From: Telluribacter sp.
GTDB lineage: Bacteria; Bacteroidota; Bacteroidia; Cytophagales; Spirosomataceae
Length of the DNA stretch: 64,000 bases
Assembly: GCF_035998675.1 (NCBI RefSeq)
Contig: NZ_DASYHI010000013.1
Location: forward strand, 215,001 to 279,000
Direction of reading: 5' to 3'
In this document: positions 34,975 through 43,461 of the stretch, piece by piece
Layout: every line of letters starts with the position of its first letter
Position numbering within the stretch: position 1 is the stretch's first letter
The notes under the pieces: model-generated
Told to the model about the DNA's origin: nothing
Seen by the model: the letters and a program-made list of their open reading frames with translations, nothing else
The model's database searches: none
Translations under genes and position numbers: made by a program

Positions 34975-37900
34975 ATGAGAAAAACTATACTTGTTTTGAT
35001 ATGGGGCTGTTTGCTATCTACATTAAGCCTGGCCCAGGTGCGCCAGCTTTCTGGTAAGATCACAGCCGTCGAGGATGGACTTGGCCTTCCGGGTGCTTCT
35101 GTTATCTATAAGGGCACCAATGTCGGTACCAATACCGATTCTGATGGAAACTTTAAAATCACCGTCCCCGACGACGGTATACTCGTCTTCTCCTTTGTGG
35201 GCTACCTTTCGCAGGAGGTACCTATCGGCAGTAAAACTGGATTTGACATCAAACTAAGCGCAGATACCCGCCAGCTGGCCGAGGTAGTCGTAACGGCTTT
35301 TGGTATTGAGCGGGAGAAAAAAGCGCTGGGCTATACCGTACAGGAAATCAAAGGTAGCAGCCTCACCGAATCGCGGTCAACCAACGTAGCCAACGGCCTT
35401 TCGGGTAAGATTGCGGGCTTGCGTATACAGTCCAATGGTGGCCCCGGTAGCGGCTCTACTATTCAGATTCGCGGCTCTTCGTCTATCTCGGGCAACAACC
35501 AGCCCCTGGTTGTTATTGACGGGGTACCTATGCAGCAAGGTGGTAGCACCCAGACAGGTACCAGCACCACGGGTAGCAGCAACCAGATGGGGGGTGGTAT
35601 CTCGGAGATTAATCCTGATAACATTAAAGAAATGTCGGTCCTGAAGGGGCCCAACGCGGCGGCGCTGTACGGTTCACGGGCGGCCAACGGAGTAATTCTT
35701 ATTACAACCAAAAACGGACAAGGTACCAAAGGCATCGGGGTAGAGGTTAATTCCAACGTAACCTTTGAGCGCCCCTGGATCAAGCCCGATTTCCAGAATA
35801 CCTACGGCGGTGGTAGTGGCTACCGTACCTGGTATAACGACGGCTGGAGTGGCTCTATCACTGATCCGGCGCAGGTACAGCAATACCGCGCGGTATATGA
35901 CGCCAGGTACCCACTGGCCGGCTCGGCCGGAACGGACGAAAGCTGGGGAGCGCCCCTGGACGGCCGACTGGTACGTCAGTGGTGGACGGGTACCGACGTA
36001 GCTCCGCTTACGCCTCAGCCCAACAACTGGGAAGAGTACTGGGCCACCGGCCAGACCATCAACCATAGCGTGGCGCTTTCGGGTGGCAACGACAAAGGCT
36101 TCTTCCGCCTGTCCCTCGCCCGCGTAGATCAGAAAGGAATTATGTACTACAACGATTTTAACCGGACCAACTTCCGGGTTAATTCGGGCTATAACCTGGC
36201 CAAAAACCTAACCGTGACCATAGCGGGTGAGTACATCAAGTCGGGTGCTACCAACCGCAGCTTTACGGCGGGTCAGCAGTTTATCTGGGCGCACCGCCAC
36301 GTGTCGTGGGAGCAGCTGCGCAACTACGAAGACTACACCGATGTACATATTCAGCGCGCCCTGCCCGGCAAACCGGCCGATAACGACCCGCCTAACTGGC
36401 AGCATACCTTCTTTACTAACCCGTTCTTTACGTCCCATCATCTGCCGTACGGCAACGACAAGGACCGTCTGTTAGGAAATATTGCGCTGAACTACAAGAT
36501 TCTGCCTTCGCTGAGCCTGATGCTGCGCTCGGGTACGGATGTATGGAGCGATACCCGCATTAACGTTACCAACTTTGACCGCGTCCGCAACGGCAACCGT
36601 ACGCCGGGCCGGTTCAACGAAGAAGTACTACGCCAGCAGGAGACCAACCACGATTTTATCCTGACCTACAACCGGGAGTTAACACCGGATATAACTTCCA
36701 ATATTCAGGTGGGAGGTATTCACCGGACCAACTACCACAAGCGTAACTACTTCAACGTAAACGAAATGGTCGTAGACGGTATCTACAATGCCGGAAATTC
36801 GGTACCGAGCCAGAACACCATCGAAAGTCTGATTCAGAAGTCGCAGGTACAAAGCTTGTTTGCTGCGGCTAATTTTGGCTGGCGCAATATGCTGTTCCTG
36901 GACCTGACCGCCCGCAACGACTGGTCAAGTACCCTGCCCAGCAACGCCCGCTCGTACTTTTACCCGTCGGCTTCGGTGAGTGCGGTAGTGACCGATATGC
37001 TTAATGTACAGAGCGACATCCTGACCTTTGGTAAAGTACGCGCCAGCTACGCTCAGGTAGGTAACGATGCTGATCCTTACCAGTTGGCCCAGACCTTCAC
37101 GTCGTCCGGCTCCTGGAATGGCTCCCTGCCCAGGTTCGCCGAGAGTATCTCCATTGCCAATTCCAGCCTGAAGCCGGAAATTACAACCGGACTTGAGTTC
37201 GGGGCCGACCTGCGCTTCCTGCGCGGTAAAGTAGGACTGGACGTAACCTACTACGAACAGACTACCCGTAACCAGATTCTGGGGGTTGAAATTTCCAAAG
37301 CCAGTGGCTACGACCGCCGTATCCTGAACGCCGGACAAATTACCAACAAAGGAATAGAACTGACCCTGTCGGGTACTCCCCTGAAGCTGGACAACGGCTT
37401 TGCCTGGGATGTGTCACTGAACTACTCCCGCAACCGCAACAAGGTAGAGGAACTGGCCGAAGGCCTGACTACCTACATCCTGGCTACCCAGCGCGGTATG
37501 ACGTCAGAAGCCCGCGTGGGGCAGCCTTACGGTATCCTCTACGGAGTAGCCTTCGAGCGGTCTCCGGACGGACAGATTGTATACGGCGACAACGGGCTGC
37601 CCCTGCGGCAGGCCACGCAGCAGATTATTGGCAACATTCAGCCCGACTGGACGGGTGGTATGCTGAACACATTCAGCTTTAAAGGCTTAACCCTTACAGC
37701 ACTGATAGACGCCCGCATAGGTGGTGATATTTATGACGAAGGTACCGGTACTGCCCGCTGGACGGGTCAGTACGCCGAAACGGCCCTGGGACGTGAGGAG
37801 GGGGTGATAGGAACGGGTGTGCGGGCCATGAAAGCCGCTGACGGAAGCGTAAGCTATGTACCTAACAGCATTATTGTAACGGCTAACCAGCTTTACGCCT

Positions 37901-38184
37901 ACAACAACCCCCGTAACTACCACGAAGCGGCCATTTTTGACGCCAGCTACGTAAAACTCCGCGAGCTTTCACTGGGCTACAACATTCCGGCGGCGCTGCT
38001 CAAAAGAGTTCACCTGCAGTCGGCCAAGGTTTCGCTGGTGGGGCGCAATGTCCTGATGCTCTTCAGGAACACCCCCCACGTTGACCCTGAGTTTGACGCC
38101 AAAGGTGGCAACGCCCAGGGATTTGGATACGGCGAACTCCCCAGCTCACGCAGCATGGGTATGAACCTATCCTTCTCCTTCTGA
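34975..38184 (+). CDS. SusC/RagA-family TonB-dependent receptor
   Basis: 1069 aa with a signal peptide, a CarbopepD_reg-like domain (LSGKITAVEDGLGLPGASVIYKGTNVGTNTDSDGNF), a plug (IKEMSVLKGPNAAALYGSRAANGVILITTKNG) and a terminal SFSF. Confidence 0.9.
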   Translation: MRKTILVLIWGCLLSTLSLAQVRQLSGKITAVEDGLGLPGASVIYKGTNVGTNTDSDGNFKITVPDDGILVFSFVGYLSQEVPIGSKTGFDIKLSADTRQLAEVVVTAFGIEREKKALGYTVQEIKGSSLTESRSTNVANGLSGKIAGLRIQSNGGPGSGSTIQIRGSSSISGNNQPLVVIDGVPMQQGGSTQTGTSTTGSSNQMGGGISEINPDNIKEMSVLKGPNAAALYGSRAANGVILITTKNGQGTKGIGVEVNSNVTFERPWIKPDFQNTYGGGSGYRTWYNDGWSGSITDPAQVQQYRAVYDARYPLAGSAGTDESWGAPLDGRLVRQWWTGTDVAPLTPQPNNWEEYWATGQTINHSVALSGGNDKGFFRLSLARVDQKGIMYYNDFNRTNFRVNSGYNLAKNLTVTIAGEYIKSGATNRSFTAGQQFIWAHRHVSWEQLRNYEDYTDVHIQRALPGKPADNDPPNWQHTFFTNPFFTSHHLPYGNDKDRLLGNIALNYKILPSLSLMLRSGTDVWSDTRINVTNFDRVRNGNRTPGRFNEEVLRQQETNHDFILTYNRELTPDITSNIQVGGIHRTNYHKRNYFNVNEMVVDGIYNAGNSVPSQNTIESLIQKSQVQSLFAAANFGWRNMLFLDLTARNDWSSTLPSNARSYFYPSASVSAVVTDMLNVQSDILTFGKVRASYAQVGNDADPYQLAQTFTSSGSWNGSLPRFAESISIANSSLKPEITTGLEFGADLRFLRGKVGLDVTYYEQTTRNQILGVEISKASGYDRRILNAGQITNKGIELTLSGTPLKLDNGFAWDVSLNYSRNRNKVEELAEGLTTYILATQRGMTSEARVGQPYGILYGVAFERSPDGQIVYGDNGLPLRQATQQIIGNIQPDWTGGMLNTFSFKGLTLTALIDARIGGDIYDEGTGTARWTGQYAETALGREEGVIGTGVRAMKAADGSVSYVPNSIIVTANQLYAYNNPRNYHEAAIFDASYVKLRELSLGYNIPAALLKRVHLQSAKVSLVGRNVLMLFRNTPHVDPEFDAKGGNAQGFGYGELPSSRSMGMNLSFSF

Positions 38185-38230
38185 TGAGTGACAAACGTGT
38201 GATGTTTGACCGAACTTTAAAGATTTTCCT

Positions 38231-39706
38231 ATGAAAAACCTGACTTCTTATAAAACCCTCTGGGCCCTGGCGCTGGCCAGCCTGCTGACCATCAGCAGCT
38301 GCACCGATAGTTTCGACGCCATGAACACTAACCCCAACAGCCCGACCGCCATTGGTGCGCAGTACCTGCTGCCAACCGGGATTGAATCGGCCGTAGACCG
38401 CTACTGGGGGCACCGTACCCGCTTTGAACGCATCAATATTGACGCCGCCGAACTGTACGTGCAGCATTTTACTCGCAACATTTACTCCAACGAAGGCGAC
38501 AACTACGAAGTATCGCCGGCGCTGGTGGCCAACAACTGGAAAGGCTTCTTTAACGATGGTCTGCTCAATTTTCAGCGGATTATCATTCAGTCGGCGCCGA
38601 ATGGCAAAAGTCCCAATGCCAACTACGAAGGCGTAGGCCTGGTGATGCGTACATGGGTGTTCTCGCTGCTGACCGATATGTACGGCGCTATCCCCTACTC
38701 GGAGGCGCTGGCCGGTACCAGCGATTCGCCCATCTACACGCCAAAGTACGACGCTATGGAGCAGGTGTACGCAGGCATGCTCAACGACCTGAAACTGGCC
38801 AACGAAAAGCTGAGCGTAACGGGTCCGGCTATCGCGGGTGATATTCTGTACGGGGGTGATATTCTGAAATGGAAAAAGTTCGCCAACTCGCTGCGGCTGC
38901 GGCTGGCCAACCGGCAGGCGGCCAAAAAATCCGCCGAGTCGCGGGCGATTATGGCGGAGATTCTGAGCGATGCAGCCAAGTACCCCATCTTTACCAGCAA
39001 CGCCGACAACGCTACCCTGAAGTGTACTACCGTACTACCCAGCAACAACGAGTGGAACCAGGTGATGGTGCAGGACGGACGGACCGACTGGAATATCAGC
39101 TCTACCCTGGCCGACAAGATGAACGCCCTCGGCGATACCCGTATTACAGTATTTGCCAACCCTAATAAGGATGGTAAGTACCAGGGCCACCCCAACGGAC
39201 TGCCCGACGCGGTTGCCACGGCTTACCTGGCTACCAGCTCCACCATCGGAAACTACTTCGTAAAAGCCGACGCTCCCGAGGTAATCATGACGTTTGCGGA
39301 ATTAAACCTGATTCTGGCCGAAGCGGCGCTGGATGGTGATATCAGCGGCGACGCGCAGGGGTACTTCGAAAAAGGTATTGCGGCTTCTTTCAACCAGTAC
39401 GGCCTGACGGTACCCGCCGACTTTATGACCAAACTGGGCACTCCCACCAAACAAAAAGTACTTGAGCAGAAATGGGTGGCGCTGTTCGGGCAGGGTATCG
39501 AAGCCTGGACCGAAAAACGCCGTACCGGATTCCCCGTATTCCCGGCGGCCGACAGCCGGGCCATATTCGTCAACGATGGCGTACTACCTACCCGCTTTGC
39601 CTATCCCAACTCGGAGTACTCCCTGAACGAGGTCAGTGTGAAGGCCGCCGAAACACTCAACGGTGGCCCCAACGACATGAAGACTAAGCTTTGGTGGGTA
39701 GAATAA
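38231..39706 (+). CDS. SusD-like (SusD/RagB family, short type) nutrient-binding lipoprotein
   Basis: 491 aa with a lipobox (LLTISSCTD). It lies immediately downstream of SusC and has SusD-like helical-repeat content (FAELNLILAEAALDG, EAWTEKRRTGFP). Confidence 0.8.
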   Translation: MKNLTSYKTLWALALASLLTISSCTDSFDAMNTNPNSPTAIGAQYLLPTGIESAVDRYWGHRTRFERINIDAAELYVQHFTRNIYSNEGDNYEVSPALVANNWKGFFNDGLLNFQRIIIQSAPNGKSPNANYEGVGLVMRTWVFSLLTDMYGAIPYSEALAGTSDSPIYTPKYDAMEQVYAGMLNDLKLANEKLSVTGPAIAGDILYGGDILKWKKFANSLRLRLANRQAAKKSAESRAIMAEILSDAAKYPIFTSNADNATLKCTTVLPSNNEWNQVMVQDGRTDWNISSTLADKMNALGDTRITVFANPNKDGKYQGHPNGLPDAVATAYLATSSTIGNYFVKADAPEVIMTFAELNLILAEAALDGDISGDAQGYFEKGIAASFNQYGLTVPADFMTKLGTPTKQKVLEQKWVALFGQGIEAWTEKRRTGFPVFPAADSRAIFVNDGVLPTRFAYPNSEYSLNEVSVKAAETLNGGPNDMKTKLWWVE

Positions 39707-39747
39707 GGCAGGCCGCAGGTAGTAAATCAGTTTCCAATTCACAGTAA

Positions 39748-40242
39748 ATGACAAAGATTATGAAAAAATACATAACATACCTTTCGACCCTGAGCTGCGT
39801 AGTCGCTTTGGCCCTGGCTGTTACTTCCTGCAAGGTAGAAGACCCCTTTGTAGACCGGGTGGTGGCTCCGGTATTGGTTGATATCGTAGGGGCTCCTTTT
39901 GGTGCTCCCCTGGCGGCTGATCCTACAGTAACCTATTCGGCCGCCGACGCCAAAGTAGTCCTGAAAGCGCGTCTGCTCGAGCTGGACAAGACCAACATCC
40001 TGGACCATACCAGGGGCATTGACTCCCTACCCGTAGCGAACATTCCGATGAAGATCACGCTCCGCACCGGGGCGACATTAGGGGAGGTTTCGTCAAACGC
40101 CAGCGGTGAAGTTACGCTTGAAAAAACCTGGGCGGAACTGGGCCTGGCGGCTCCCAAAGCGGGAAATACCGTAAAAATTTCCTGGACAGGTACCCACAAG
40201 GGAATCACCTTTACGCGTCTGTCGCAGATTCAGGCCAAATAA
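39748..40242 (+). CDS. Hypothetical lipoprotein (PUL accessory, SusE/F-position)
   Basis: 164 aa (alternative ATG at 39760) with a lipobox (LALAVTSCK). I recognise no family motif. It occupies the position after SusD typical of surface accessory lipoproteins. Confidence 0.5.
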   Translation: MTKIMKKYITYLSTLSCVVALALAVTSCKVEDPFVDRVVAPVLVDIVGAPFGAPLAADPTVTYSAADAKVVLKARLLELDKTNILDHTRGIDSLPVANIPMKITLRTGATLGEVSSNASGEVTLEKTWAELGLAAPKAGNTVKISWTGTHKGITFTRLSQIQAK

Positions 40243-40313
40243 CAAGGTACCATTTCAACAACCGATTATTCAATCACTGCCAAAGAGTTAAAACCTGTTA
40301 AACCTACAATACT

Positions 40314-41498
40314 ATGAATCAGAAAATAGACCGCCGTAATCTATTGAAGTCAGGCTTGCTGACCCTGGGAGGAATGGTTGCCGCTCCCCACCTGAGCATG
40401 GGTGCCTTTTCAAACGCGCCCCTCAACCTGGACCCCGAAAACCGGATTTTCCGCAGCCCCATGGTACGTGAGTACTTCCTGGACGAAAAAATTGCCCCTA
40501 AAATACTGGCTAAACTGAACGCGAATGAGAACCCCTATGGTCCACCCGTGTCGGCCCGTAAGGCAGTAGCTGCCTCGGTAGAAGGGGGTAACCGCTACGC
40601 CTGGAAAGAGCTGACTGATTTGATGGCCAAAATAGCTAAGAAGGAAGGAGTTACGCCGGACCATATCATGATGGGGCCGGGGTCATCGGACCTGCTGGAG
40701 AAAGTGGCGCTGGTACTTTTTGCCAACGGTGGTAACGTTGTTTCGGCTGACCCAACCTACATGTCGCTGATCAATGTGGCGAAGTCTACCGGTGCTACCT
40801 GGAAGGCGATTCCCTGCAAAGAAGACTGGTCGCACGACCTGAAAGCCATGGAAGCCGCTATTGACAAGGATACTAAACTGGTGTACGTATGTAATCCAAA
40901 CAACCCGGTGGGTAGCGTCACGGCCGGTAAAGACCTGCTCGACTTCTGCTCACGCGTATCGGAGAAGGTACCCGTGTTTGTGGATGAAGCCTACCTGGAA
41001 CTGGCCGTAGGAGCCGATACCGAAAGCATGGTGTCGCTGCTGACCAAAAAGAAAAACGTAATCGTGGCCCGCACCTTTTCCAAGATCATGGGTATGGCCG
41101 GACTGCGCGTAGGATACATCGCGGCCCTGCCGTCTACCCTGGATCAGATTCAGAAAATTACCCGGGGTGGTATGGGTATAGCCTTTACCTCCATTGCCGC
41201 CGCCAACGCCAGCCTGGACGACGCCGAGTTCCAGACCAGCACCCGCAAGCTGAACCACGAGGCCAAGCTGTACCTGTACGAGAACCTGGACAAAATGGGT
41301 TACAAGTACATTCCATCGTACACCAACTTCGTGATTTTCCCCGTAGGTATACCCGGCAAGGACCTGCTTACAAAAATGTCGGCCAAAGGCGTAGGCATCA
41401 GAGCTTTTGAGATTCAGGGCAAACCCTGGTGCCGCGTAAGTATTGGTACCATGGACGAAATGAAGCTATTTGTGAGCGCCCTGGGGCAACTTAGCTAA
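40314..41498 (+). CDS. PLP-dependent aminotransferase (histidinol-phosphate aminotransferase-like, class I/II) with Tat signal
   Basis: 394 aa with a DRRNLLKSGLLTLGGMVAAP twin-arginine leader. It has the NANENPYGPP motif and FSKIMGMAGLRVGY (PLP-lysine context). Confidence 0.8.
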   Translation: MNQKIDRRNLLKSGLLTLGGMVAAPHLSMGAFSNAPLNLDPENRIFRSPMVREYFLDEKIAPKILAKLNANENPYGPPVSARKAVAASVEGGNRYAWKELTDLMAKIAKKEGVTPDHIMMGPGSSDLLEKVALVLFANGGNVVSADPTYMSLINVAKSTGATWKAIPCKEDWSHDLKAMEAAIDKDTKLVYVCNPNNPVGSVTAGKDLLDFCSRVSEKVPVFVDEAYLELAVGADTESMVSLLTKKKNVIVARTFSKIMGMAGLRVGYIAALPSTLDQIQKITRGGMGIAFTSIAAANASLDDAEFQTSTRKLNHEAKLYLYENLDKMGYKYIPSYTNFVIFPVGIPGKDLLTKMSAKGVGIRAFEIQGKPWCRVSIGTMDEMKLFVSALGQLS

Positions 41499-41526
41499 AC
41501 CATGGGGCCTGTAGCGGGCCCGTTCG

Positions 41527-41554
41527 GGCGAAGCCGGAAACCTCCGGCTTCGCC
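41527..41554 (+). other. Strong 12-bp hairpin between the aminotransferase and the permease gene
   Basis: GGCGAAGCCGGA-AACC-TCCGGCTTCGCC. No T-run follows, so terminator function is uncertain. Confidence 0.4.
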
Positions 41555-41640
41555 TGTTACACCAGATAAACCTGACAGTTTCTATGGGCCAACAGACTTT
41601 CTCTGGCCGATAGTTAGTACCCCTTTAACTCATTTCAACT

Positions 41641-42735
41641 ATGAGCGATGCCTTTCAAAAAACCATAACTTTATTACTGCTGATAGCCCTGGGACTGGTC
41701 CTGAGGTCTAAGTTTAAGAACAAAGAGCAGACCAACGGTATCAAGGAAATTGTGCTTTCGGTAGCGCTGCCCTCTACGATTTTTATCTCCCTGATGAAAA
41801 TCGAAATGGACTCTACCCTGTTGCTCATACCGCTGGTTACGCTAGTTTTTAATTTCCTGATGTACTTTTCGGCGCCCCTGGCTTTTTCCCTTTTTGGCAT
41901 TGAAAAGAACAGCTCTACCGGCCGTACCCTCATGATGCTCATTCCATCGCTGGCTCCCGGTTTGTCGTGCTTTCCGTTTATTGCTGAATTTCTGGGGCAG
42001 AAAAGTCTGGCCATTGCGGCCCTGGCCGATGTAGGTAATAAATTCTTTGTCCTGATTACGCTGTACCTGCTGGCTATGAACATGTTCCTCAAGAACAGTA
42101 GCGACGAAGAAACCAACACGGGTAGTAAAATCAAGAGTCTGCTGCTCAGTATGGTGCAGGAACCCATCAACCTCCTCATCATCCTGGCTATAGTACTACT
42201 GAGTGTGGGCGTTAACTTTACTACCCTACCCCCGGTGGTGACTGATATTTTTGATAAAACAAGCGCCCTGATGACGCCCCTCGTGCTGATATTCATCGGG
42301 CTGGCGGTGCAGCTGAAAGACGGCAAGAAAAAGCTGGTTACGTCTATCCTTTTCTTCCGGGCAGGTAGTACCATGCTCATCAGTGCCGGTATGATTTACG
42401 TATTTCACATCAGCGAGCCTTCTATGGTACTGCTGGCTATTGTGGTGCCCCTGAGTTCGGCGAGTTTCTGGCCACTGGCCCATATCTCGGCTTTCCACGC
42501 CAAGGAAGAAGCCAGGTCACTGGCCAAAGAAAAGCGTACCTTTGACCTGGAACTGGCCGTTTTGATGCTGGCTTTCTCGCTGCCTTTCTCCACCTTGCTC
42601 ATTCTGGGAATCCTGTCGACCGGTACTTTATTTACCAACCCAACGGTACTGGTCTTCAGCGGGCTGGTACTGGTAGCGGCGGGCGCTATTCCTAACGTAG
42701 TAAGCAAAGCCTACGTCAGGCTTTCCAAAGCATAG
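41641..42735 (+). CDS. Polytopic inner-membrane permease, AEC (auxin-efflux-carrier)-like
   Basis: 364 aa, hydrophobic throughout with about 10 predicted helices. Its two-half architecture with a central hydrophilic loop (NSSDEETNTGSK) resembles the AEC/membrane-transport family. The family call is tentative. Confidence 0.5.
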   Translation: MSDAFQKTITLLLLIALGLVLRSKFKNKEQTNGIKEIVLSVALPSTIFISLMKIEMDSTLLLIPLVTLVFNFLMYFSAPLAFSLFGIEKNSSTGRTLMMLIPSLAPGLSCFPFIAEFLGQKSLAIAALADVGNKFFVLITLYLLAMNMFLKNSSDEETNTGSKIKSLLLSMVQEPINLLIILAIVLLSVGVNFTTLPPVVTDIFDKTSALMTPLVLIFIGLAVQLKDGKKKLVTSILFFRAGSTMLISAGMIYVFHISEPSMVLLAIVVPLSSASFWPLAHISAFHAKEEARSLAKEKRTFDLELAVLMLAFSLPFSTLLILGILSTGTLFTNPTVLVFSGLVLVAAGAIPNVVSKAYVRLSKA

Positions 42736-42768
42736 AAATCTGTTAGTATTGTGTTTTATTCACCCATC

Positions 42769-43368
42769 ATGCGTAAAACCATTTTCGTTCTGGCCATGGT
42801 ACTGTCCGGTGGCAGCGCTTCGGCGCAGTCGCCAGGGCAGCCGGTAGCAACGGTCACTCAGGGTACCGATACGGTGGCGGTTAAGCCGGCCGAGAAGACG
42901 GATTATTACTTTCCGGGCCATGTACCCATTACCATGGGCGATGGCAGTTTAAAACCCATTTCGGCTGTACAAACCGGCGATATCGTCAAGTGCTACCGGA
43001 ACGGCCAGTTGGTAACGACCCGGGTACAGCAGGTAGATGTCCAGGAAAACACCTGTGCTGCCGTCACGGAGCTGTACCTGCGCCCGGTGGACGAACGAAC
43101 CGCCAGCCGCAGCACCTGGCCCCTGGTACCGGCGCTGCTGCTGGAAGCTACTCCGTCGCGTCCGGTACAGACCGGTTTGGGACCCAAGGCGGTGCAGGAG
43201 CTGGTAAAGGGCGATGTATTGTATCACTTTGAAGCGGCAACGGGGGGCGTGTCGGCCTGGAAGGTAGGTATTATTCAGGCCAACGCCAGTACCCTGACCA
43301 GCGTGTATAACCTCATTACGGAAGCCGGGTCTTACCTGGTTGAAAATATGGTGGTACTAAACAAATAA
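42769..43368 (+). CDS. Secreted Hint (Hedgehog/intein-like) domain protein, apparently catalytically degenerate
   Basis: ATG at 42769 (MRKTIFVLAMVLSGGSASAQ). It has an N-terminal Hint-like block (YFPGHVPITMGDGSLKPISAVQTGDIV) and a C-terminal block (VYNLITEAGSYLVENMVVLNK). The usual Cys-1 and terminal HN are not present. Confidence 0.55.
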   Translation: MRKTIFVLAMVLSGGSASAQSPGQPVATVTQGTDTVAVKPAEKTDYYFPGHVPITMGDGSLKPISAVQTGDIVKCYRNGQLVTTRVQQVDVQENTCAAVTELYLRPVDERTASRSTWPLVPALLLEATPSRPVQTGLGPKAVQELVKGDVLYHFEAATGGVSAWKVGIIQANASTLTSVYNLITEAGSYLVENMVVLNK

Positions 43369-43390
43369 TTTCATTTCAGGATAAACAAAT

Positions 43391-43422
43391 AAGCAGGAGC
43401 CCCAAAACCGGGGCTCCTGCTT
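43391..43422. terminator. Bidirectional terminator hairpin between convergent genes
   Basis: AAGCAGGAGCCCC-AAAACC-GGGGCTCCTGCTT, a 13-bp stem, followed by ATTT. An A-rich tract precedes it. Confidence 0.75.
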
Positions 43423-43461
43423 ATTTAGGAAAGTACCTTCATTAATCAAAAGGGAAGTGCC

